A stretch of 64,000 nucleotides of DNA from the IMG/VR virus record IMGVR_UViG_3300028393_004061, positions 1 to 64,000 of that record; one strand, given 5' to 3'. Below, one piece after another: positions 9,791 through 19,048 of this stretch; the first letter of the stretch is position 1, and each line of letters opens with the position of its first letter. Made by a program: the position numbers and the translations under genes. Below the pieces are notes generated by a model. That model did not search any database, was not told the DNA's origin, and worked only from the letters and a program-made list of their open reading frames with translations. This DNA comes from a virus. Lineage: Duplodnaviria; Caudoviricetes.

Positions 9791-10466
9791 TTTTCCCCTG
9801 TTTTTTTTGTATTTCTTTTTCTGTTTGATTTTTCATTTCTAGCATTTGTTGATGCCTATTGTCTAAATTTTTGATTGTTTGCATTTTAATAGGCACATCA
9901 TCAGGAAGAGAAAGAACGGTTTCGATTAATTCGGTATCAACATGTGATTGCATAAGCATTTTCAAATTTATTTTCTGTAGTAGTTTTTCTCCCCAATATT
10001 CTTTTTGAACATTTATATCATCATAATTTTTTAGTGGCTCAACTTGTTCTAATCCTTTAAATAAAACTACAAAAAATTCAGCCTCTTCTTTTATGTATTT
10101 TTTCTTTTTTTGTAATATCTGCAAATTTTTATCTGCAATAAACCTTTTTCTATTTATTTTTTTCAAATGTATTTCAAATCTACGCAATTTTTCAACATTA
10201 AAATCTTTAGATTTTTTTTCAAATATACGATTTAACTTATTTATGTCTAAATCGATCAATTCTAAATTATCTTTACTATCTTCTATTTCCATATCTATGG
10301 CTTCTAGAGACTCATATCTTGCTTTAATTTCTCGTAAACATTGCCACATTTTCGCCTGTGTAGTCGGCTCTTTGTTTACAATAAAGTATTTCATCTGAAA
10401 ATAGCTATGTCTTTCAGCTATTTCGTTACTTAATATGCTTTGCATTTCGGACAATAAATTTTCCAT
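9780..10466 (-). CDS. Coiled-coil hypothetical protein
   Basis: 228-aa charged helical ORF; TAAATA followed by GAGGTG RBS upstream. Confidence 0.75.
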   Translation of the reverse strand: MENLLSEMQSILSNEIAERHSYFQMKYFIVNKEPTTQAKMWQCLREIKARYESLEAIDMEIEDSKDNLELIDLDINKLNRIFEKKSKDFNVEKLRRFEIHLKKINRKRFIADKNLQILQKKKKYIKEEAEFFVVLFKGLEQVEPLKNYDDINVQKEYWGEKLLQKINLKMLMQSHVDTELIETVLSLPDDVPIKMQTIKNLDNRHQQMLEMKNQTEKEIQKKQGKNGN

Positions 10467-10501
10467 TTTTCACCTCTATTTAAAAGAGTAAATTGTAAGC
10501 A

Positions 10502-10529
10502 TTGCTTTTATTTTATTTTGAATTATAAT
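10502..10529 (+). promoter_or_regulatory. Sigma70-like promoter TTGCTT-N16-TATAAT
   Basis: -35 at 10502-10507, -10 at 10524-10529, AGGGGG RBS at 10544-10549 before GTG 10555. Confidence 0.5.
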
Positions 10530-10554
10530 CTAATTTTTATCATAGGGGGCTAGT

Positions 10555-11064
10555 GTGATTTTAAATAATAAGCATTTTTATTTGAGTGGACCAATTGAAT
10601 TTAATCAAGGAGATTGGAGAGAAAAGCCAAAATCAGTATTAAAAAAAGAATTTGAAATTAATGTATTTGATCCTTATTTAGATCCAAAACAACAATGGAA
10701 AGATGAAATTGATAAAGCAAAAAACATAGGAGATTATGAAAAAATAGCCAAAATAGCTAAGTCATTCTTTATGAAAGACATGAATATGGTTCAAAAATGT
10801 GATGCTTTAATAGCATATTTGCCATATAAAGTTCCAACTATAGGAACACACCATGAAATCATAAAAAACTTTGAATTTAACAAGCCAACACTTTTGATAT
10901 GTCCAGAAGGAGTTAAGTTTTTACCTATATGGTACTTTGGATTTATACCATTAGAATATATGTTTGGATCTTGGGAAAGTCTTTTTTATTACTTAAAAGA
11001 AATAAATTCTGAAGAAAAACATTTAGATGATATTCGTTGGGATTTTATTAGGGGCAGAATTTAA
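10555..11064 (+). CDS. Nucleoside 2-deoxyribosyltransferase-family protein
   Basis: FYLSGPI..WRE..VFDPY; D..MV..CDALIAYL; GT..E; KPTLLI. Confidence 0.75.
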   Translation: MILNNKHFYLSGPIEFNQGDWREKPKSVLKKEFEINVFDPYLDPKQQWKDEIDKAKNIGDYEKIAKIAKSFFMKDMNMVQKCDALIAYLPYKVPTIGTHHEIIKNFEFNKPTLLICPEGVKFLPIWYFGFIPLEYMFGSWESLFYYLKEINSEEKHLDDIRWDFIRGRI

Positions 11065-11588
11065 AATTTTGTTCCTACAATAGCCTTAAATCTATATCCA
11101 GAACAAACAGCATTATGAGACCAAATCGTCTTTGATTTCTCAAGAGAATTTGATTCTAAAAAACAACCAATATTTTTAAATGCGTTCCTGTGCATAAGAA
11201 TTCCATTGAGTGTACCTTCAACAAAATTAATCTTTCTATTAACTACAGGGAAAAGTATATCTTTATCGCTTTCTACAAAATGTGAATATTTTTTTTGAAT
11301 TTTATTTTCAAAAAAAGTACCAGATAGAACATAAAGATTCCACTCAGAAGGACAATTTTCCATACCTTTTGTCAATAATGATGTATATGTGTTTTGTCCT
11401 TTGAAACACGCACAAATGCTTCTTATTTCTTTCTCAGAATCCGAATCAATATCATGTCTTGTGATGCAAATTATCGAAGCATCTGATTCCTTCGCTTTTA
11501 TAGAAGAAACAGTTATTTTGACCAATTTAGGGTCATTTTCTGGGGCTATTATTACATAACCATAATTTAAATTTTTATAATTGTACAT
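11061..11588 (-). CDS. Hypothetical protein, possibly GT-A-like
   Basis: GYVIIAPE...VKITVSSI N-terminus resembles the GT2 first strand and helix; no DxD seen. Confidence 0.5.
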   Translation of the reverse strand: MYNYKNLNYGYVIIAPENDPKLVKITVSSIKAKESDASIICITRHDIDSDSEKEIRSICACFKGQNTYTSLLTKGMENCPSEWNLYVLSGTFFENKIQKKYSHFVESDKDILFPVVNRKINFVEGTLNGILMHRNAFKNIGCFLESNSLEKSKTIWSHNAVCSGYRFKAIVGTKF

Positions 11589-11596
11589 TTGAATCT

Positions 11597-12448
11597 CTAA
11601 ATCAGTGATATATTAAAATCTATTCTAACAATATCGCTTGAAATTAGAGAATTTGCAAGAGAAAAAGTGCCATTTAAATGATTAGGCGTAAAACGATTTA
11701 ATTGCCAGCTTGAACTTGGCAAATAACTTGGAGCATAAATATCATATTCGCTATTGATTCTAATTCCATTAATATAAACCCTTAAACTTCCTTCAATATA
11801 AGGAGTATTTACTGATGTTACTAAATAATTTTGATAATCAATAGTTATAGGCTCTAAATCATAATAATGATTATGAGCAAAATCTGTAGATATATTCAAA
11901 ACTGGTTTTAAAATATATGGTGCTGCTGGGCTAATTGGAGGGGTTAAATCCCAAGCTATAGAATTGGATTGTTCGAGCGAAATAATTCCTTCATTTATAG
12001 CTACAATTACACTTGGAGTCTGAACTTGAAACCTAATGTCAGTCGCATTAGATGCAACCAAAGAAAGCTTTGATCTTTCTGCATCAAGCATTCTCACAAA
12101 AGATACTGGATTCACAACACTTTCAAACCCTAGTGTATTATTGATGTAATCTAATTCGGTATTGTCAACTTCTTTAGATGCATCAGTATGTTGGGCAATT
12201 GAATGCAATGCTTCGTCTATAGATGTGCCTTTAAGATTACCATCAGCATCAATTGACTGATCCATCCTATTAGCCATATTACCCTGTGTTCCAGCACCTA
12301 AGCGTAATATTCTTGAATTTTTTTCTAACTCACCATTTATTAGTTCATCTCTTAGTGCCAAGTTGTTGATAGGCACATTGTCAAATTCCCAATGATATGG
12401 TTGTAATGGACTATATTGTGGAACAGGTAGTTTTGATAAATCTGGCAT
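11597..12448 (-). CDS. Putative virion structural protein
   Basis: In the structural cluster; beta-rich C-terminus (EGSLRVYINGIRI). Confidence 0.5.
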   Translation of the reverse strand: MPDLSKLPVPQYSPLQPYHWEFDNVPINNLALRDELINGELEKNSRILRLGAGTQGNMANRMDQSIDADGNLKGTSIDEALHSIAQHTDASKEVDNTELDYINNTLGFESVVNPVSFVRMLDAERSKLSLVASNATDIRFQVQTPSVIVAINEGIISLEQSNSIAWDLTPPISPAAPYILKPVLNISTDFAHNHYYDLEPITIDYQNYLVTSVNTPYIEGSLRVYINGIRINSEYDIYAPSYLPSSSWQLNRFTPNHLNGTFSLANSLISSDIVRIDFNISLI

Positions 12449-12452
12449 AAAA

Positions 12453-12590
12453 TTATATAGGCTTTTTGGCAGACAAATTTTTTAAAGATTTCCACAAGAT
12501 AACTTGATATCTCCAAGCTTTGATATTTTTTTTGTACTCTTTTTTATGTTTTATTTTACTTTTCTTATCTTCTTCAAGCCAATGATTCAT
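12453..12590 (-). CDS. Small basic hypothetical protein, 45 aa (not in ORF track)
   Basis: ATGA overlap with the SET gene stop; MNHWLEEDKKSKIKHKKEYKKNIKAWRYQVILWKSLKNLSAKKPI. Confidence 0.4.
   Translation of the reverse strand: MNHWLEEDKKSKIKHKKEYKKNIKAWRYQVILWKSLKNLSAKKPI
12454..12459 (-). promoter_or_regulatory. Putative late promoter variant TATATA, 5 nt before ATG 12448
   Basis: TATATA-ATTTT-ATG, no SD. Confidence 0.4.
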
Positions 12591-13102
12591 CGCAACTCTC
12601 CTAATTCATATAAATTCAAATCTAAAAATCTTTCCCAAATTAACTTTTTTACTTTTTCACTTTTAAGCTGATCATTGGACCATTCGATCATAGCATTCCA
12701 AGTTTCTCCATAATTTCCCAATATCTCTTCATCTTTTTCTACATCTTTTAAAAATACATATGCAGCTTCGTTATTGGCAAGATATATTATTTCGACATTA
12801 TTATAATTTTCTTCACTATGATTGACCAAAGCTGCATATCCTAGAGGAATTATAAAAAATTGACCACAATCAATTTTTCCATCCCTAAGATTGCTAATGC
12901 TGGCTGCAAATTTATAACAATTAGCATATGTTGTGCATATGTCAGAGGAGCTTTTTTTTTCAACTAAAGCCCCAGATATCATTAATTTATCACCTTTAAA
13001 AACTTTTTCTTTTGCAAAAAGACCTTTTCCAGCATTTTTCATTTTAGAATCATTGATGTAAAATCTAGTATCATTTTCATGATATAAAAAATTAGAACTC
13101 AT
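12587..13102 (-). CDS. SET-domain protein-lysine methyltransferase
   Basis: GKGLFA (motif I), LVNHS (motif II/III), DEEILGNY (motif IV with catalytic Tyr). Confidence 0.85.
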   Translation of the reverse strand: MSSNFLYHENDTRFYINDSKMKNAGKGLFAKEKVFKGDKLMISGALVEKKSSSDICTTYANCYKFAASISNLRDGKIDCGQFFIIPLGYAALVNHSEENYNNVEIIYLANNEAAYVFLKDVEKDEEILGNYGETWNAMIEWSNDQLKSEKVKKLIWERFLDLNLYELGELR

Positions 13103-13371
13103 TGTATGATTCCTTTTTCTATTGAATTTATAATTTCTTCTAAATTAGTTTTTCTTCCTAAAAAATCTGAAAAACATTCTGAGAAATGATTTAAAATAGA
13201 CATGATTACAGATTCTTTCATGTCTGGCTTTTGTTCAATTAATTTTTTGGCTCTATTTAAAGACTCTTGATCTAAACCCCAATCAAATACTTCGTTGTTT
13301 AGAACTAAAAAATTAACATCTTTGTTTTTTTCTGTGTCTTTAATTTTTAAAATTCGTAATTTTTTTTCCAT
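13099..13371 (-). CDS. Hypothetical protein
   Basis: 90-aa ORF, ATGA overlap with the SET gene. Confidence 0.7.
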   Translation of the reverse strand: MEKKLRILKIKDTEKNKDVNFLVLNNEVFDWGLDQESLNRAKKLIEQKPDMKESVIMSILNHFSECFSDFLGRKTNLEEIINSIEKGIIQ

Positions 13372-13393
13372 TTTTAAATCTTATATCCATGTT

Positions 13394-13873
13394 TTAGACG
13401 AATGATAAACGCCAGTTGAATGTGACTTGTATATTCGAAGTTTTGTTGAGATCTGCAAATGTAACCATACTATAAAGATTACCATTTGCCATTTGAAGTG
13501 CCATTTCGTTTAACGCAAAACCATTAGCGTCATCAAATGTAAGAACTGATGTGAATACGACCTGTGTTTGAATGTTAGGATCAACAGTACTAATAACTGG
13601 CTTGCTTGCTCTTGTAATGCCAAACAATCCATTTCTTTGAGTTTCAACCGTTTTCAAAGATCCGCCAGATGTTCCACCATCACCAAACAACATTCGGTTG
13701 ATATAGTATTCGTAAATATCTGAAACATCGTTTGCTAGACTTCTTGCCAATGCCTCACGACCATTGCGAAGAACTGTATTTTTATATTCAAATACTTCTT
13801 TAGTTCCATCTTTATACTCAATGATTCGTTGGACTGTACCAATAACTTTCACTGGTTCATGTATATTGTTCAT
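13394..13873 (-). CDS. Baseplate/tail-fibre attachment protein (tail-collar N-terminal-like)
   Basis: GREALARSLA, MLFGDGG, DANGFALNEMAL, NWRLSF pattern; follows the wedge genes. Confidence 0.55.
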   Translation of the reverse strand: MNNIHEPVKVIGTVQRIIEYKDGTKEVFEYKNTVLRNGREALARSLANDVSDIYEYYINRMLFGDGGTSGGSLKTVETQRNGLFGITRASKPVISTVDPNIQTQVVFTSVLTFDDANGFALNEMALQMANGNLYSMVTFADLNKTSNIQVTFNWRLSFV

Positions 13874-16800
13874 AATTTTCCTTTTTCTTCTTTGCCATCT
13901 TTATATTCTATTGTAAATTCAATGCTTTCATCTTGATTTAAATATTCTACAAAATTATCAGGTTTTTTTGTAGACATATAATTTAAAGGAGTAACCACTT
14001 CTTCTTCTGTGTAAGTTACTTCTGAACCTCTACGATCTAAAGTTTTAAATGTAGCCTGTGGAAGACTAAATTGCTGTGTTGGAATAGTTATGTCCTCTGT
14101 CTTTAAATATCTATATATTGTAAAAGATACTGAAGTTCCACCACCAGAAATAGTTTCCCAATAAGTATCTGGACCATTTAATGTTATCAAATTTCCATTA
14201 ATTTCTGCCATAAAATACAATTTATCATTTATATCAATTAAATAATTTTCTTTAAAATGATTGTCTTCTAATGGAACTGCAACCAAATTATTAAACCCAT
14301 TTGCAATTTCTAACGACAATTCCAAGTTACTAGAAGCTTGTAATTTCAATCCTTTGTGACTCAGATATCCTATTTGATTATTCACCAATCTAAAATACAC
14401 ATCTAATAAAACTCCAATTGAATCACCACCAGTGTAATTTTCTATATAAAATTGATCTAGTGTTTCTGGAACAAATCCCATTATTTTATATTCAGTTAAT
14501 GATATTTTTTGATAATTACCAACTTTAAATACTTTTCTGATATCTTGTAAGTCACTATTCAAAACCTTAGTTCTACCTCTTGAAATAACAGATATAACCC
14601 CAGAATTACTTGCGAATATGACATTATTATCTTTATCATATGCAGTATAAGATAAACCACTAGCGTTAGATGATGGTAAAGTTCCATTATCCTGTAATTG
14701 TATATTTCCATTTGGCAATATATTTACGATGCCATATGCAGTAGGAGAATACAAAGGTATTAGTATTTTCCAAGATCCTGTAGTATATCCTTGATTCACA
14801 TCCCATAATGATTTAAATGATTTAAAACTATTTCCTTTGTCGGAAAATTCATAAAAATTATCTTGATAAATATTACAATTCCCAACAGATTCTATAATCG
14901 GACTTGAAAGATTAAAAGAAAATACTTTTGGGCTTAAAGAAAGCATTGAAGAAAAATAAGTGTTTGTTTCAGATATTGGCTCAGTTACAGAAATTAATTC
15001 TACTGAATTTTTAAATGGGTTTTCAACAAAATATTCACCAGACAAAGAGCCAGTTAAAATATTTAAAATTGTAGATCCATCATTGCTCATGCCTAAAGAG
15101 TCAAAGAAAACATCTCCGCAATAAAGAACTATTTTGTCGTTATATGCGACCCCAGAACTAGTATGTACAGCAACAGAACTTGCTAATTCATTTCTTAAAA
15201 CTTTTGCGTCTGTCAATCCTTTTTTCATGGCTCTATTAAAATAGCTTTGAGCCTGTCCACTAATGATAAAATCATATACAGAATAACTAACAAGAGCTTC
15301 TATATTTTCTTGAGGAGATTCAATTAATTCTGTGAATCCACCATAAACATTCATAACATTTAACACAGCATGAAATGGAAGACTTTCTTTCAAAACTTCA
15401 GACGCTTCTATTATTCTATCATCGCTTAATGATTCTATTTCCAAATCAATATTGTATTTACTACTCAAACTACTAAAGCATGGATCTAAGAAATCTTTGT
15501 CTATATCGCATGGATTTTTTGAATTTCTAATAGAACCATTGTACTCATCCATGTTGTAAATATTTTCACTATAAGGAAATTCAGTTCTTACCTTTCCAAA
15601 TATAACATCATCATGAAATAAATTTCTTGTTGGAAGAACAACATCAAACAAAGGATCTCCTTCTTCGATTAATCTTATATTCCAATTTTTCAAAGGATAT
15701 TCTTGTTGCCTTTCATCTCTCAAATCAGATAATTGTAAGCTTCTAATATAATTTTCTATAGACTGCTCACCACCAGACATAATTTCTTTGTATTTATATA
15801 TAACTCTTATTGCATCTCCAACTTTTAAAGAAATTGGAGATATCGATAGTGATTCTCCAATCCATGTAACAGTAGAAAATCCTTCGGAAAAACCAAATTC
15901 AACATAATCAGAAGTTAATTCAATCCATTCATCTGAATCTACTGCCCTGTAATATAATTCGAAATTATCTAAATCTAAAGGCAAAGCAATTTTTTCTAAA
16001 AACCATGTGTTGCTATCACCGGAATAATCAAATACTTCTTGCCAAGTATGATTTGATATGACTTGCCATAATCTTGTGTATTTTATAAACTTTATCCCAG
16101 ATTGTTCCAATGATTCTTTCAATCCACCAATAGTTCCATTTTTTTTAAATAATGGTATTGCCCTCTTTATTTGTCTTCTCCAAAGATATGGATCATTTGA
16201 TTTTAACTTTAATGAAAACAAATTTGACAAATATGGCAAAAATGATTCGGTTAAAACATTAGCATCAAATAGATCAATAATTTGATTCGCATAATTTTCC
16301 AAAACAGTAAATCCATCAGCAACAGAAAGGTTCAATTTTTCTAAAGTTTCTGGAGTAACATCAGATGGACTCATTCTCATTTTGAAAATTTCTGGAGTAT
16401 ACTTTTCAAGGATTGTTTTATACTTTTCTGGTTTAGTAAAATGACTTGGTATTACAGTATTTATTGATGTATCACCAGCAACATAGAATTTTTGATGACT
16501 TGACAATGAATCCCCAGCAATCATTGGAGTCCAAGTGATACATACGAAATAATCTCCCTCTCTATAACCATTCGTATCCCAAAGATATGTAAAACTACCA
16601 TATATGGTATTACCATTGGGATCTTCTGTTTCATGCTTTATAAGAGCATTATTTTGATCTGTTGATAACCAAGCTGGATATTCTGGACTACCTATAATAA
16701 GTGCTGGAACAGCTTCTTTGTAGTAAAATTTTTGCTCTAAAGTAGAACTATCGAGTTCTGCTTTGGCTTTTTTGGCAGCAAAAATATTTAATTCAGTTGG

Positions 16801-17037
16801 ATTTTCACAAGCTAATTTTTCTGCCACAGTATAGGCAGCAAATTTACCCTTGTCATAGAAATTTTCTAAATATTGATTGAAAGTAGAATCTATAAAACTT
16901 CTTTCAATAAAATATATTATAACTTTATCTACTTTGTATGGATCTTGAAGAAGACAATTTTTACTATCTGGGCATGTAAACTCAAATAGTATTTGATCTG
17001 CTATTGTTGGATTTTGATCTATTTTTTTAATGTTCAT
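13870..17037 (-). CDS. Large baseplate wedge subunit (P2 gpI / T4 gp7-like domain)
   Basis: FLPYLSNLFSL...WRRQIKRAIPLFKKNGTIGGLK, typical of gpI-like domains; follows gp6/J. Confidence 0.7.
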   Translation of the reverse strand: MNIKKIDQNPTIADQILFEFTCPDSKNCLLQDPYKVDKVIIYFIERSFIDSTFNQYLENFYDKGKFAAYTVAEKLACENPTELNIFAAKKAKAELDSSTLEQKFYYKEAVPALIIGSPEYPAWLSTDQNNALIKHETEDPNGNTIYGSFTYLWDTNGYREGDYFVCITWTPMIAGDSLSSHQKFYVAGDTSINTVIPSHFTKPEKYKTILEKYTPEIFKMRMSPSDVTPETLEKLNLSVADGFTVLENYANQIIDLFDANVLTESFLPYLSNLFSLKLKSNDPYLWRRQIKRAIPLFKKNGTIGGLKESLEQSGIKFIKYTRLWQVISNHTWQEVFDYSGDSNTWFLEKIALPLDLDNFELYYRAVDSDEWIELTSDYVEFGFSEGFSTVTWIGESLSISPISLKVGDAIRVIYKYKEIMSGGEQSIENYIRSLQLSDLRDERQQEYPLKNWNIRLIEEGDPLFDVVLPTRNLFHDDVIFGKVRTEFPYSENIYNMDEYNGSIRNSKNPCDIDKDFLDPCFSSLSSKYNIDLEIESLSDDRIIEASEVLKESLPFHAVLNVMNVYGGFTELIESPQENIEALVSYSVYDFIISGQAQSYFNRAMKKGLTDAKVLRNELASSVAVHTSSGVAYNDKIVLYCGDVFFDSLGMSNDGSTILNILTGSLSGEYFVENPFKNSVELISVTEPISETNTYFSSMLSLSPKVFSFNLSSPIIESVGNCNIYQDNFYEFSDKGNSFKSFKSLWDVNQGYTTGSWKILIPLYSPTAYGIVNILPNGNIQLQDNGTLPSSNASGLSYTAYDKDNNVIFASNSGVISVISRGRTKVLNSDLQDIRKVFKVGNYQKISLTEYKIMGFVPETLDQFYIENYTGGDSIGVLLDVYFRLVNNQIGYLSHKGLKLQASSNLELSLEIANGFNNLVAVPLEDNHFKENYLIDINDKLYFMAEINGNLITLNGPDTYWETISGGGTSVSFTIYRYLKTEDITIPTQQFSLPQATFKTLDRRGSEVTYTEEEVVTPLNYMSTKKPDNFVEYLNQDESIEFTIEYKDGKEEKGKL

Positions 17038-17045
17038 TTTTTACC

Positions 17046-18599
17046 TTACTCATATACAAATCCTAAATCAATAATATCAGGTCTTATGATTTCAAAGAAT
17101 TTAACAGTTATTATATTAGATGCTTCTGCTGCAATATCCGTATTAAATGTTACATCAACTTTTTTAAGTTCTTTAATATCAGACAATTCTTTTGTTACAT
17201 CATTGTCTTTAAGGGCTTGTCCGTATTCCCAACGATAAATACTAAAGAATGATGAAATTCTATTTAATATTTTCACTCTAATCTCGTCTTCGAACTTTTT
17301 ATAAAATTTGTCAATTGTTACAGATATATTAACATCTACATTTAATATAACTCCATCTTTTATACAAATAAAGTCGGTTATCATTTTCTTTGTTTCTAGA
17401 TAATTATATAATTCTGTTTTCAATTGATCACTTGCGATTTCTAAACCATCTACATTTTTTTTGGCAAGAACATAAAGATCTATTATATTGGCAGCACAAC
17501 CATGATTTCTTAAAACAGCTACAGACTTTCCTATTTGCCCTTGATATGGAGTTACAAATTGATCTGTAATAGTCTTATAGTCTAATCCAGTTACTGCCCT
17601 GTCTTGAGTTCTTAAATAAAAAGGTAACTTTCTACGGATATCTTCAATGGTATCTCCATCATATCCATATTGTGCTTTTGTGTAATTGTTAAAAAATATT
17701 GGAACTTGATAGCCTAATCCAGGGACTGTAACAAGTATCGATTGTTGAACAGAATTAGATACTAAATTACCTATTGTTCCTCCACCAATTCTATATTTCA
17801 AATTGATAATAGAACCCAAAGAAGGAACCATACCAGCAACTCCATTTCCAAAAATAAAATATGCAGAATAGTTTGAGTCATATTCAATTCTATATTCCTT
17901 GAGTGGCTTACCCTCAGAAAAGAAATCAACCTTATTCCACAAAGAACCATCTATTTCTACACTTGAAGAATCAAATATTACACCTTGATATCTTGATTGC
18001 AATACTTGATTTCTAGAACCAGTTCCAGAAATATTTTCTTTTCTGGTTTGTCCTTGCAATCCAATTATACTAGCATTTACCAAAGAATTTGCTGGTATTA
18101 TTATGTCTTCATTGAAAAGAGGATTACCCTCTGAATCTGCTGCAAACAATTCCATCGTAACAGATTCTCCGCCACCATTTACTACAACTTTTTGTGGCGT
18201 GACAATTGAAACATCAGTGGTTATTGCATTTGTTAGTGATGCTGTCCAATAACTTTTTGCAGCAATAGGAGGAAGTGGATTGTAACCAACTAATTTGCAC
18301 AATCTAAAAGCATTATCTATTTCAGTAACTGTATCTATAAATATTTCATTTGCTATCTGATCCATTTTAAATGAAAGAGTATCAGCGACAAATGCCCAAT
18401 TTTCAAGCAACATAACCGCTAAAGATGATTCGACAAAATCTGTGAATTCATTTCCAAATCTCTGTTGAGTAAATTCTACTAATCTTGTTTTCATGCTCCA
18501 AAAATCTTGATTAGTATAATTTAAATTAAATACATTTGGTTTTTTAAGGAGTTCCGATACAGCATACGGCTTTATGTCAAAAGGACAATTATTTATCAT
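17046..18599 (-). CDS. Baseplate wedge subunit (T4 gp6 / P2 gpJ-like)
   Basis: DFWSMK..L...FTDF.ESS..MLLE..AFV.DTLSF..DQ.ANE.FIDT; YRIGGG..GN; RAVT..DY. Confidence 0.85.
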   Translation of the reverse strand: MINNCPFDIKPYAVSELLKKPNVFNLNYTNQDFWSMKTRLVEFTQQRFGNEFTDFVESSLAVMLLENWAFVADTLSFKMDQIANEIFIDTVTEIDNAFRLCKLVGYNPLPPIAAKSYWTASLTNAITTDVSIVTPQKVVVNGGGESVTMELFAADSEGNPLFNEDIIIPANSLVNASIIGLQGQTRKENISGTGSRNQVLQSRYQGVIFDSSSVEIDGSLWNKVDFFSEGKPLKEYRIEYDSNYSAYFIFGNGVAGMVPSLGSIINLKYRIGGGTIGNLVSNSVQQSILVTVPGLGYQVPIFFNNYTKAQYGYDGDTIEDIRRKLPFYLRTQDRAVTGLDYKTITDQFVTPYQGQIGKSVAVLRNHGCAANIIDLYVLAKKNVDGLEIASDQLKTELYNYLETKKMITDFICIKDGVILNVDVNISVTIDKFYKKFEDEIRVKILNRISSFFSIYRWEYGQALKDNDVTKELSDIKELKKVDVTFNTDIAAEASNIITVKFFEIIRPDIIDLGFVYE

Positions 18600-18602
18600 A
18601 TT

Positions 18603-19031
18603 TTACACTCCTAATGGTATTTCTAACTTTAATTCGTTTATTTTTGTGATTTCCATTCTATCAAAGAATGTGATTCTTATAAGAAGAACTTGCTGATTGT
18701 TTTTGTCTTCTTCTAATTCGTTTGCACTGCTTGAATCTAATTTTGCTTGAATATAAATATTTTCAATAGCAACTCTTGGCTCCCAAGTTTGTAAAGACAA
18801 AGCAATCATATCCTTTGCTTTTCTTACAACAACTGGGTCGCTTGGATCAAAAAACAATTTTCTTAATGGAGTTCCATATTCTGGTAACATAACTCTTTCT
18901 CTTGGATTTGTTAAAAGCAAAATAAGCAAATCTGCTTTAATCAAATCAACATTGTTCTCAATATAAAAAAATCCTTTAGGATTTTTTGTAATTGGATATG
19001 GAATGCCTTTAAAATCTCTTGATATTACCAT
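18603..19031 (-). CDS. gp25-like baseplate wedge / sheath initiator
   Basis: LLILLLTNPRERVMLPEYGT.L..L.FDP...WEPRV. Confidence 0.9.
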   Translation of the reverse strand: MVISRDFKGIPYPITKNPKGFFYIENNVDLIKADLLILLLTNPRERVMLPEYGTPLRKLFFDPSDPVVVRKAKDMIALSLQTWEPRVAIENIYIQAKLDSSSANELEEDKNNQQVLLIRITFFDRMEITKINELKLEIPLGV

Positions 19032-19048
19032 TTTTTATTCACTTTTTA

